A DNA stretch of 64,000 bases from Bacteroidetes bacterium 2013_40CM_41_45 (GTDB lineage Bacteria; Bacteroidota; Bacteroidia; AKYH767-A; 2013-40CM-41-45): positions 80,957-144,956 of the forward strand of contig NGFH01000003.1 of the NCBI GenBank assembly GCA_002215675.1, written 5' to 3'. Every line of letters begins with the position of its first letter. The stretch's first letter is position 1. Shown here piece after piece: positions 28,140 to 36,618 of the stretch. The translations under genes and the position numbers were made by a program. The notes beneath the pieces are model-generated. The model searched no databases and was not told the DNA's origin. It saw only the letters and a program-made list of their open reading frames with translations.

Positions 28140-28355
28140 ATGACTGAAGAAAACCCACAACCACAAATTATTAATAAAATTAACGTTTCATTATGGAAAC
28201 CTTTATGGATTGCTGGATATATGTTTACGGTATCTTATCTTCCCATTGACCCATCATTTCACATCCTTGTTTGGTGGAAACAAATAGTTTATATTTTTAT
28301 AGAAATTATTTTATGGCCCGCGATTCTTGGTGGGCATTTGTCTGGAAAATGGTAA
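28140..28355 (+). CDS. small membrane protein
   Basis: 71 aa with 2 TM helices. Confidence 0.4.
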   Translation: MTEENPQPQIINKINVSLWKPLWIAGYMFTVSYLPIDPSFHILVWWKQIVYIFIEIILWPAILGGHLSGKW

Positions 28356-28396
28356 TTGATAATGGATAATAAAATGAAACATAGAAGGAATATTTT

Positions 28397-28654
28397 ATGA
28401 ATAAAAATTGGTCTAAAAAAATTCCACAAGAAATAGGATTATATTTTTTCATTGGCGACCCATTTGTTTTTCATGAACATATTGAACGTGGAGATATATT
28501 AGAAAGTAATTTATATGTTTGTCGTGTTCGTAAAACCTCAAATGGTTTTTCATATATTTTCGATGGTAATTTTGGAGAAAATAAAATTGGGTTATGGAAA
28601 AAAATTGATTTAGAAAGCTTTGATATTCCTGATGGTGTAAATTGGAGAATTTAA
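28397..28654 (+). CDS. hypothetical protein
   Basis: 85 aa. Confidence 0.45.
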   Translation: MNKNWSKKIPQEIGLYFFIGDPFVFHEHIERGDILESNLYVCRVRKTSNGFSYIFDGNFGENKIGLWKKIDLESFDIPDGVNWRI

Positions 28655-28878
28655 TGGATAAAACATATCGAATTGAATTTTCAACTAGGCAATTAATTGG
28701 CATTACATTATATGAATTGATTTGTCAAGGTTGGATGCCAGATAAAGATTATATTGTTTCAAAAGGAAATATGTTGCTCGGTGCTTATCCTGAAGTCGTT
28801 TCTGTAGTTGAACATCTATTCGGAGATATGCCAAAGCCTATTGGTCAATATATGAAATATTATGAAGAGGCTTATTAA
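28654..28878 (+). CDS. hypothetical protein
   Basis: TAATG overlap. RBS TGGAGA. Confidence 0.45.
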   Translation: MDKTYRIEFSTRQLIGITLYELICQGWMPDKDYIVSKGNMLLGAYPEVVSVVEHLFGDMPKPIGQYMKYYEEAY

Positions 28879-28904
28879 TAAAATACTTCTTTTATAGAGG
28901 TTTT

Positions 28905-29168
28905 ATGTTTGAAAAAAGTGAATTTAAACTTGGAGAATATAGATATTATGTTGATTGCAGAATTGGTTGTTGTGCTATAATTGATACAAAATTACCAATG
29001 ACCCAAAATGGAAGACTATTTCCAGAAAATAAAAATGTTGTAAAATATTGGGAAGGTTTATGGGATGATAATAAAGAAATATGGTATCTTCCTGTTTCGA
29101 TTGAAAATGAAGCTATGGAATTATGTAAAAAAATGAACACAGAATTCAAAAAAACAGGAGAACAATAA
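28905..29168 (+). CDS. hypothetical protein
   Basis: 87 aa. Confidence 0.45.
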   Translation: MFEKSEFKLGEYRYYVDCRIGCCAIIDTKLPMTQNGRLFPENKNVVKYWEGLWDDNKEIWYLPVSIENEAMELCKKMNTEFKKTGEQ

Positions 29169-29431
29169 TGTTTGATGACAATGATGAATTTGAAGATGGA
29201 TATTTCGATGACGATAATGAAAACGATTTAGAAGGTTATGAAATTGAAGGTGATGATTTGGTAGATTATGAATTAATGGATGATAAAATCTCTTTAGAAA
29301 CTGAAGAAATTGAAGAAGATGATGAATTATTTTCTATTCCCTGCTCAGTATGTGGTGAAATAATTGATATGCGAGAAGCTAAATATGTAGATGGTGAAGC
29401 ACAACATATGAATGGATGCAACAATGGATAA
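29168..29431 (+). CDS. highly acidic small protein with C-terminal CxxC...C motif (DNA-mimic candidate)
   Basis: MFDDNDEFEDGYFDDDNENDLEGYEIEGDDLVDYELMDD... Confidence 0.45.
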   Translation: MFDDNDEFEDGYFDDDNENDLEGYEIEGDDLVDYELMDDKISLETEEIEEDDELFSIPCSVCGEIIDMREAKYVDGEAQHMNGCNNG

Positions 29432-29666
29432 AATTTATATTGCTGTTTTTGCTGGAAAATATTTGGAACGTTATAATAAAATTTCTAATATTGGACTACA
29501 ATCTTATATTAGAATTCAACCTGAAATTGAAAAAAGTATTGCTATTGAAGATATTGATGAGGTTTTGAATTTATTAGTTGATGCCGGATTTATTGAACAA
29601 GTTGATGCATTAGGGGATGGAATGGCAACCTATAAAAGATTTATTCCAAAACAAAGACATCATTAA
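29424..29666 (+). CDS. hypothetical protein
   Basis: Overlapping start. Confidence 0.4.
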   Translation: MDKIYIAVFAGKYLERYNKISNIGLQSYIRIQPEIEKSIAIEDIDEVLNLLVDAGFIEQVDALGDGMATYKRFIPKQRHH

Positions 29667-29671
29667 AACCT

Positions 29672-29700
29672 TGACATTTTTAGGATAATGTGGTATGCTA
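29672..29700 (+). promoter_or_regulatory. sigma70-type promoter TTGACA-N17-TGgTATGCT
   Basis: TTGACA at 29672-29677 and an extended -10. Confidence 0.5.
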
Positions 29701-29761
29701 CAATTCTCTGGCAGAAATGTCAGAGATTATACCGTTAAAATGGGTGGAGAAAGGCAGTTTT

Positions 29762-30319
29762 ATGTCACCAGATGGTGTTACTCATGTAAAAATATGGAAA
29801 ACATTTTTTCCTCTCACATTGATTGTAGCTCTAGGCATAGGATTGCTTTGGAGTTGGTATATAGCAATGTTCGTTATAATAGGATGGGGATTTCATGGAT
29901 TTGGAATAGACCCGGATTTAGACCTGAGTGGTTTTAATAGGTCTGAGGCTTTATGGAGTAAATTAATTATAACTATTCCATTGATAGGTTGGTCAACATT
30001 TTATGCAAGAATATTTCAAAAATGGGGAGGACATCGAAGCATATGGACTCATGGTTTTATTATTTCTACTTTTATAAGATTAATGTTTTTTGGACTTCCT
30101 TTTTTATGGTGGTTTCGTCAACATTGGATTGATGATTTAACTAGAGAATTTTTTGGTATGTACATAGGAATGTCCATATCAGATAATTTACATATAATTG
30201 CAGATATGATTACTGGTGAAATGAATTTTTTTAGTAGAATTGGTGGAAAAAATATTTTTTTGAAAAGAATAATGAAGATTTGGTTCGATTACCCTCCAAC
30301 AAAAAAGAATGATTATTAA
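29762..30319 (+). CDS. integral membrane protein (multiple TM helices)
   Basis: Start re-set downstream of the promoter, with RBS GGAGAAAGG. Confidence 0.5.
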   Translation: MSPDGVTHVKIWKTFFPLTLIVALGIGLLWSWYIAMFVIIGWGFHGFGIDPDLDLSGFNRSEALWSKLIITIPLIGWSTFYARIFQKWGGHRSIWTHGFIISTFIRLMFFGLPFLWWFRQHWIDDLTREFFGMYIGMSISDNLHIIADMITGEMNFFSRIGGKNIFLKRIMKIWFDYPPTKKNDY

Positions 30320-30345
30320 AAATAAATTTATAAGGATAATAAATA

Positions 30346-31236
30346 ATGAATCAAAATTTTGGAAACAATAAACAAAACATGTCCGTAAGTGAAAAAATTG
30401 AACAAGATAAAGTTATAAAAAAAATAAAAGATGATAAGGGTTTGATTGGTGATTTTAAACGTTTTCCTTTATTATATCTTTCTTTAGGTGTAGCTGGAAT
30501 TTTAACATTTTTTGATGCTGTATGGATTGCATGGACAGCAACAGCACCAGTATCAAACACAATTGTAAGGCTTTTATTGGTTTCAGGATTAGGAAGTTTG
30601 ATTGGCACAGGATTTGTTTCGTTTGGGGAATTCGCTACAGCAAATTGGGAGCGCAAATTTTTTCACAGAGAAAAAGATAATAAAACTCAATATTTTGTTT
30701 CAATTTCAATGTTAGTTCTTAGTGGAATTTTTTCTGCTGTAACAGCCTATGCTTCAACAAATATTTTGGCAGTTATTTTTGGTGTTTTCTCAGAACATTT
30801 ACAAATTCCTGATTGGGCGCAAAATTGGCTTATTGGATATGTGCCTCTCGCAATTTTTGCGAATGTAATTTCAACTTTTGTTTATAGAAATAAAAGTAGA
30901 AGTTCTGAAATTAGAAGACAATTAAGCATGATAGAAATGGAAAAAACAGCCGATGCCGATGAAAGAATTTTAAAAGCTGAAATGAATGCAAGAGCTAGCA
31001 TAGCAGAACATCAAGCATTAGCATTTGAACAAGAAATGGAAGAAAGAGCTAAACATATTGGTAGAACTATGGGTGTTCATAGAGCAAAAGAAGCATCTAA
31101 AGGATTTGACTTTCCTCAACAAAATGAATCTTCTGAGCAAGAAAAAGTTTATCCAATAAATACAGAAGATTCTAAATTAAAATTAAACGAAATAAAAGAG
31201 GATTCAAAAAGAAGTCCAAATTTTCCGAACAGCTAA
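30346..31236 (+). CDS. membrane protein with C-terminal coiled-coil/charged region
   Basis: 296 aa. Confidence 0.55.
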   Translation: MNQNFGNNKQNMSVSEKIEQDKVIKKIKDDKGLIGDFKRFPLLYLSLGVAGILTFFDAVWIAWTATAPVSNTIVRLLLVSGLGSLIGTGFVSFGEFATANWERKFFHREKDNKTQYFVSISMLVLSGIFSAVTAYASTNILAVIFGVFSEHLQIPDWAQNWLIGYVPLAIFANVISTFVYRNKSRSSEIRRQLSMIEMEKTADADERILKAEMNARASIAEHQALAFEQEMEERAKHIGRTMGVHRAKEASKGFDFPQQNESSEQEKVYPINTEDSKLKLNEIKEDSKRSPNFPNS

Positions 31237-31268
31237 CACAAAAAGATATAACGTTTGACAATGAAAAT

Positions 31269-31523
31269 GTGTTAGCGTTATTTATGGACGCTTTCAAAGA
31301 AAAACATTTAATTCCTGAAAAATCTAATTTTATAGAAATAAAATCAACAAAAAAGAAAATTGGTGATAGATTAGAATGGCGAAAAAACAAAAAAGGTGAT
31401 TTAATAGGAGTTTGTTGGAGAAAAAGAAATTCAGAAAGAAAGGCTACTAGATACGTTGGAAAAAGAAAATCCCCAATTGATTTTCAACGTTTTCAAAAGG
31501 TGTATAATGAAAAAAATAGATGA
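31269..31523 (+). CDS. basic hypothetical protein
   Basis: 84 aa. Confidence 0.4.
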   Translation: MLALFMDAFKEKHLIPEKSNFIEIKSTKKKIGDRLEWRKNKKGDLIGVCWRKRNSERKATRYVGKRKSPIDFQRFQKVYNEKNR

Positions 31524-31788
31524 AGATAATATCGAATTGGAGGTTGAAGTGCCAGAAACAGACCAGATGTTATTTACGGCACTATTTTCTCCTGCCGAAG
31601 AACTGTTGGCAAGAGGGAGAATGAAAATAGTAACCATTGGCGATAATATTGTTGGAATGGTTATTCTTAATGCCAAATATGATGAATCTGTTGGCTTTGT
31701 TGACCTTCTAAACAAAGATAAAAAAACTGTTGGCAATGAGTTGGTAGAAAAAAATCAAATAAATGCCAATGAAAGAAGTCAAATATGA
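31507..31788 (+). CDS. hypothetical protein (coding sequence carries TTGGCAAT-type motifs)
   Basis: Start re-set to MKKIDED. Confidence 0.4.
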   Translation: MKKIDEDNIELEVEVPETDQMLFTALFSPAEELLARGRMKIVTIGDNIVGMVILNAKYDESVGFVDLLNKDKKTVGNELVEKNQINANERSQI

Positions 31789-32144
31789 TGAATAAAAAAG
31801 TTATTTTATGTTTATTTTTAGTGTTGGCAATAGTGTTGGCATGTCAAGTACCAGATATTAGCCTAAATAATACTGCCAATGGTCAAAACAATGGTCAAAA
31901 TATTGCCAAAACAACCCCTGAAATCATTGGCAACCCATTTAATCTAAGTGTTGGCAATGCCACAGTCCGGGCTTTTCCCGTTGGCCTAAATATAAGAGAT
32001 GATGCTAGTGCCAATGCTACAGTGTTGGCAACTGCACCAGATAATTCAACCGTAAAAATTACTGGAATTTTAGCCAATGGTTGGGTTTCTCTTTGTTGGC
32101 AAAAAATTTGCGGATTTGCCAATGCTAGGTATCTTAGCCAATAG
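31785..32144 (+). CDS. predicted lipoprotein (signal peptide with lipobox LACQ)
   Basis: MMNKKVILCLFLVLAIVLACQ. The gene is saturated with TTGGCAAT/ATTGCCAA motifs. Confidence 0.5.
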   Translation: MMNKKVILCLFLVLAIVLACQVPDISLNNTANGQNNGQNIAKTTPEIIGNPFNLSVGNATVRAFPVGLNIRDDASANATVLATAPDNSTVKITGILANGWVSLCWQKICGFANARYLSQ

Positions 32145-32151
32145 ATTGAAA

Positions 32152-32190
32152 AAGAGATAACTAAAGCCAATAGTTATCTCTTTTTATTTT
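32152..32190 (+). terminator. rho-independent terminator (AGAGATAACT...AGTTATCTCT + T-run)
   Basis: Seen directly. Confidence 0.65.
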
Positions 32191-32194
32191 AACC

Positions 32195-32223
32195 TTGACA
32201 TTTAGGTTTTAATGTGGTAATAT
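32195..32223 (+). promoter_or_regulatory. sigma70-type promoter TTGACA-N17-TGgTAATAT
   Basis: TTGACA at 32195-32200 and TAATAT at 32218-32223. Confidence 0.55.
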
Positions 32224-32253
32224 TGTTGAAAATTTGAAAAGAGGTAATTGTCA

Positions 32254-32664
32254 ATGACCAATATTTCCACCATAAGAAGTTTAAAATCACAATCAAAAAA
32301 TTGTTATTATTGTGGATATTATATTGTATTCAAAGAAGATTTGACCGTTGACCATAAACTTCCTATTTCTAAAGGTGGAAAAACAAATAGAAAAAATTTA
32401 GTAGTTTGCTGTAAAGGCTGTAATGAAGAAAAAGGTTCAATGACAGAAATTGAATTCTTCAATTATATGAAATATAAAGAAAATTTAAAATATAAATATG
32501 ATTACGATGAATTGACAAATCAAATGCTAAAAATTAAAGATATTTTTAAAATTATTGGACGCGGTTCATTCAAATTGATTGACAGTGAATCTGGAATTCA
32601 TCTTCATAGAAAAATTAGAGCGATAAAGATTGTGAGAAAATTTTATGCACTTCAAATGTATTAA
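32254..32664 (+). CDS. HNH endonuclease
   Basis: CYYCGYYIVFKEDLTVDHKLPISKGGKTNRKNLVVCCKGCNEEK carries the HNH core (DH...N...C..CN.K). Confidence 0.65.
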   Translation: MTNISTIRSLKSQSKNCYYCGYYIVFKEDLTVDHKLPISKGGKTNRKNLVVCCKGCNEEKGSMTEIEFFNYMKYKENLKYKYDYDELTNQMLKIKDIFKIIGRGSFKLIDSESGIHLHRKIRAIKIVRKFYALQMY

Positions 32665-32807
32665 TAATTCAGAACGTGAAGATATATTAACCTTGAATAA
32701 AATATATTTAGGATATTTTGATGACCAAAATATTGATTCAATTTATATTGATGAATGTGATAATGGTATTCGTGGATACTTTAGTTTAAATAGATTTGAG
32801 GTGATTG

Positions 32808-33254
32808 ATGAAGAATAAAATACTTGTTTTATCAAGAAAAGTTGCTGAAGGTTATGATTGGTATGGTAGAGATATTGCAATCATATCTGTAACAGACCCA
32901 AATCAACCATCGGCTAAATTAAATTATTTTGAGGATAAGATTCTAAGACTTCAATTTCATGATGTAGACAAAGATATGAAAATGTGGACTCCAAATGGAA
33001 CTGTACGCATATTTACAATAAATGATAGTCAAGTAAAAGATATTGTTCAATTTGTTGATAAATATTTTTATAATGTTGATGAATTTGTTATTCACTGTGA
33101 AGCTGGAATATCGAGGAGTGCAGGAATAGCCGCCGCCATTGCAAAATATATTTATCTTGATGATACAGAATATTTCAAGAAGTATATTCCAAATAGAACT
33201 GTTCACCGTTTAGTATTGAATGAATTTTATAAGCTAAAAGAAACGATAATTTAG
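32808..33254 (+). CDS. Cys-based phosphatase of the PTP/DSP superfamily (CX5R P-loop)
   Basis: HCEAGISRSAGIAAAIAKY. Confidence 0.65.
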   Translation: MKNKILVLSRKVAEGYDWYGRDIAIISVTDPNQPSAKLNYFEDKILRLQFHDVDKDMKMWTPNGTVRIFTINDSQVKDIVQFVDKYFYNVDEFVIHCEAGISRSAGIAAAIAKYIYLDDTEYFKKYIPNRTVHRLVLNEFYKLKETII

Positions 33255-33264
33255 GAGAATGAAA

Positions 33265-34356
33265 ATGACCGATAGGCCAATGGCAACACTTAGAACTGTA
33301 AATAATAAATATCCTATTCCTGAAAAGGATAGGATTGAATTGATTCAGGTAGATGGATGGCAAGTAATTTCAAAAAAGGATGAATTTGAAATTGGTGATA
33401 TGTGCATATATGCTGAACCAGATTCTATTTTTCCTGAAATACCAGATTTTGAATTTCTTCGTCCTAAAAAATTTCGTATTAAAACTATGAAGATGGCTGG
33501 AGTTATTAGTCAAGGCATTGTTTTTCCATTATCAATTCTCCCCCTCCGCAACAAGAAATATGTTCTTGGCGAAGATGTTACGGAATTGATTGGTATCACA
33601 AAATATAAAAGTGAACCAGATAATTCAATTCCACAACCAACATGGATGAAAAATCCAATTGTTAAAAAACTTTTGAGATATAAAATTTTTAGAACAATTC
33701 TTTTGCCAAATAAAGAATATAAAGGATTTCCAAAATTCATTTCTAAAACAGATGAAGAAAATGTTCAAAATTTACCATATTTATTTTCTGAAGAATTTAA
33801 AAACGTTCCATTTGCTGTTCGTGAAAAAATAGAAGGTCAATCAGGAACGTGGTTTCTTCAAAGAAAAAAGAATTGGTTTGGAAAAGAAATTTTTGAATTT
33901 GGAGTTTGTTCAAGAAATATTCGTAAATTCAAAAAAGATAATTCATCATTTTGGAAAGTTGCCATAAAATATAATATTGAAAATATTCTAAAAGAATTAA
34001 TTGGTGATAAAAATGAATGGATTGCCATTCAGGGTGAATGTGTTGGCCCCGGCATTCAAGGCAATATCTATAAATTAAATGATGTTGATGTTTATATGTT
34101 TAATTATATAGAACCAAAAGGAAAAATGGATGATAAAATAGCTGAAGTTGTTATGAATTCATATAGCATTAGATGGTGTCCTTTAATTGATAATGAATAT
34201 TATCTTCCATCAACAGCAAATGATGTTCTTGAATATTCAAATGGTACATCGCTTTTATATAATACTGACCGTGAAGGATTGGTATTTCGCAATTACGAAA
34301 AAAATATTAGCTTCAAAGCACGTTCACCTAAATATTTATTAAAATCTGATACATAG
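33265..34356 (+). CDS. ATP-dependent RNA-ligase-like nucleotidyltransferase
   Basis: KIEGQSG (motif I-like K-x-E/D-G), EGLVFRN (motif IV-like) and FKARSPKYLLK (motif V-like). Confidence 0.5.
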   Translation: MTDRPMATLRTVNNKYPIPEKDRIELIQVDGWQVISKKDEFEIGDMCIYAEPDSIFPEIPDFEFLRPKKFRIKTMKMAGVISQGIVFPLSILPLRNKKYVLGEDVTELIGITKYKSEPDNSIPQPTWMKNPIVKKLLRYKIFRTILLPNKEYKGFPKFISKTDEENVQNLPYLFSEEFKNVPFAVREKIEGQSGTWFLQRKKNWFGKEIFEFGVCSRNIRKFKKDNSSFWKVAIKYNIENILKELIGDKNEWIAIQGECVGPGIQGNIYKLNDVDVYMFNYIEPKGKMDDKIAEVVMNSYSIRWCPLIDNEYYLPSTANDVLEYSNGTSLLYNTDREGLVFRNYEKNISFKARSPKYLLKSDT

Positions 34357-34365
34357 GATAAAAAA

Positions 34366-34713
34366 ATGGAAACTTTTATAATTGATAGAAATACTTGGTT
34401 ACGAGGACAATTCAATAGCATGTTGTTTCGTGCTAAAGATGGGAAAATGTGTTGTCTTGGGCAAATTGGATTACAATGTGGCTTAAATGAAAAAGATATG
34501 TCTAATAAAATAAGTCCTACTAATGCAATAGAACATTTAATAGAATTTCATAATGTCAATCCATTTTTTATATCATTGATGAATAAAAATTATTTTCTTA
34601 GCATGAAAGCAATGGGAATAAATGATAATATATATACCAATGATAAATATAAAGAAATACAATTAAAATCATTATTTGCAAAATATGATGTTGAATTAAA
34701 ATTTATAAATTAA
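34366..34713 (+). CDS. hypothetical protein
   Basis: 115 aa. Confidence 0.45.
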   Translation: METFIIDRNTWLRGQFNSMLFRAKDGKMCCLGQIGLQCGLNEKDMSNKISPTNAIEHLIEFHNVNPFFISLMNKNYFLSMKAMGINDNIYTNDKYKEIQLKSLFAKYDVELKFIN

Positions 34714-34729
34714 AAAGGAAAAATAAAAA

Positions 34730-35173
34730 ATGAATAAGAAAAATAATACAAATTTTGTACAAGTTGAAGGAAATGTAAATAAGGCAATTCAAGGAAATAT
34801 TACGACTACAACTACTTGGCCTCCTGTTACTGGTCAAGTTTGGCCTATGGATATTTCAGGAATTAGTAATCAACCAGAAGTTGCAGACCAAATTAAACAA
34901 GTTATTATAAATGATAGGACTGTAATTATCAACTGGAAAGATGGAACAAAAAGTCGTTCTACCTGTGATGTTGAAGATATTTTTAATCCAGAATTAGGAT
35001 TTGCAATTGCTGTAATTAAAAAATTAATTGGTAAAAAACGTTATACTGGTTTTGTTGAAAAAGCTTTGCGCCAACAAAAAAATCGTATTAGAAAAATTGG
35101 TCGTTCTGCATTAAAATCGCTTGCTAATGATACATCAGAAGAATTTAATATAACAATATCCCTTCTTCCATAG
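34730..35173 (+). CDS. hypothetical protein
   Basis: 147 aa. Confidence 0.5.
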   Translation: MNKKNNTNFVQVEGNVNKAIQGNITTTTTWPPVTGQVWPMDISGISNQPEVADQIKQVIINDRTVIINWKDGTKSRSTCDVEDIFNPELGFAIAVIKKLIGKKRYTGFVEKALRQQKNRIRKIGRSALKSLANDTSEEFNITISLLP

Positions 35174-35191
35174 CAACTATCAGGAAAATAA

Positions 35192-35668
35192 ATGACAATC
35201 ATTCATAAATCAGGAAATATTTTAGATGCAACAGAAAACATAATTATTCACCAAGTAAATTGTGAAGGTGTAATGGGTGCGGGTTTAGCAAAACAATTAA
35301 GAAATAAATGGCCTATAATATATACAGAATATAAAAAATTATGTGATGAAAATCGTATAAAATTTATGTTGCTCGGAAAAGTTCAATATATTAAAGTTGA
35401 TGAAAAAAAATATGTTGCAAATATGTTTTCACAATTAGGAATTGGAACTGACAAAATTCAAACAATTTATTCTGATATGAAAAAAGGTCTTAAACGTATT
35501 GAACAAGGAGCAAGATTTGATGGTCTTTCAATAGCTCTCCCTTTTCAACTAGGATGTAATCGTGCTGGTGGAGATTGGGATGGCGTAGTATATCCAATGA
35601 TTCAAGAAATTTTTAATATATCAGATGTGGATGTTGCAATTTATACATATGAATCAGAGGTCAAATGA
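35192..35668 (+). CDS. macro domain protein (ADP-ribose binding/processing)
   Basis: IIHQVNCEGVMGAGLAKQL matches the macro-domain N-terminal motif (V/I-N-x-x-N...GGG(V/L)xxA). Confidence 0.65.
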   Translation: MTIIHKSGNILDATENIIIHQVNCEGVMGAGLAKQLRNKWPIIYTEYKKLCDENRIKFMLLGKVQYIKVDEKKYVANMFSQLGIGTDKIQTIYSDMKKGLKRIEQGARFDGLSIALPFQLGCNRAGGDWDGVVYPMIQEIFNISDVDVAIYTYESEVK

Positions 35669-35928
35669 CAATTGCTATAACAAATAAACAACATACATAT
35701 ATAAAAATAGTTCAATTTATGCAAGCAGACTCTAACAAAGAAATGTATAATAAATTAAATCTATTAATTGATATAATAAAAGTAGACGCAGATTTATCTC
35801 CATCGTCTGCCAGCCTTGATGTTTTTGGATTTAATTTATTTATATTCTCTTATGAACAATATATTAAATTGTGTGAGGAATTGGATAATGACCCAAGATA
35901 TTATTCAAAAAGTCACATTAGAAATTGA
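35665..35928 (+). CDS. hypothetical protein
   Basis: 87 aa. Confidence 0.4.
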   Translation: MTIAITNKQHTYIKIVQFMQADSNKEMYNKLNLLIDIIKVDADLSPSSASLDVFGFNLFIFSYEQYIKLCEELDNDPRYYSKSHIRN

Positions 35929-36085
35929 AAATCTGAAATCTAAAAATAAAAAATATTGGTATGATTTCAATGTAAATAAACAAGATTCTAAAAAATTAAA
36001 AGAATATTTTGAAAACATTGGATATAAAGTTGAATTGAAAGAATGTCGGGCTTGTAAATTATTTGATATTATTATTGAATTTTAG
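35888..36085 (+). CDS. hypothetical protein
   Basis: RBS GAGGAA. Start re-set to MTQDII. Confidence 0.35.
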   Translation: MTQDIIQKVTLEIENLKSKNKKYWYDFNVNKQDSKKLKEYFENIGYKVELKECRACKLFDIIIEF

Positions 36086-36093
36086 GAGTAATT

Positions 36094-36618
36094 ATGTATG
36101 TCGTACTCGACCTAGAAACAGGTTCTTTAAATCCAAATACCGGAGCAATTTGTTCAATAGCTTGTCTTGCTCTTGATGAAGATTTGAATGAAACTCATCG
36201 TTATTACACACTGGTGAATGAACCCGGCAAACTCGTAGAAGATGCCGCTCTTGCTATAAATAAATTGACAAGAGAAGAAATTTCAAAAGGAAAACCTATT
36301 GAAAAAGTATTATCTGACTTGAAAATAATTATGAGAAATAGAATACCGATTGCTCACAATGGAAGGTTTGATTTTGGATTTCTTGCCGCAAGAGGATTTG
36401 AATTTGATGTTGCAATTGATACTTTAATGATTGCTAAAAAACTTTTTCCAAAACAAAAAAATAATTTAACAGAACTTTGCCAAAGATTAAATATACAAGT
36501 TGAAAATACTCATAACTCATTAGGTGACTGTTTATTAACTGCTGAAGCACTTAGAAAAATGTCAAAGACTCAATGGCTGAACGCATTAGAACCTAGACCG
36601 ATAGGAAAGAAAATATAA
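36094..36618 (+). CDS. DEDD-family (DnaQ-like) 3'-5' exonuclease
   Basis: LDLETGS (Exo I), AHNGRFDFGFL (Exo II) and HNSLGDCLLTAEA (Exo III, H-x4-D). Confidence 0.65.
   Translation: MYVVLDLETGSLNPNTGAICSIACLALDEDLNETHRYYTLVNEPGKLVEDAALAINKLTREEISKGKPIEKVLSDLKIIMRNRIPIAHNGRFDFGFLAARGFEFDVAIDTLMIAKKLFPKQKNNLTELCQRLNIQVENTHNSLGDCLLTAEALRKMSKTQWLNALEPRPIGKKI

Noticed and set aside
29695-29937. Same-strand alternative-frame ORFs (29695..29937, 19531..19713, 31269-frame overlaps, 41302..41586, 41682..41957, 48334..48522, 49784..49966, 37264..37446)
   Set aside because: They are nested out of frame inside longer, motif-bearing genes. No independent start signals.
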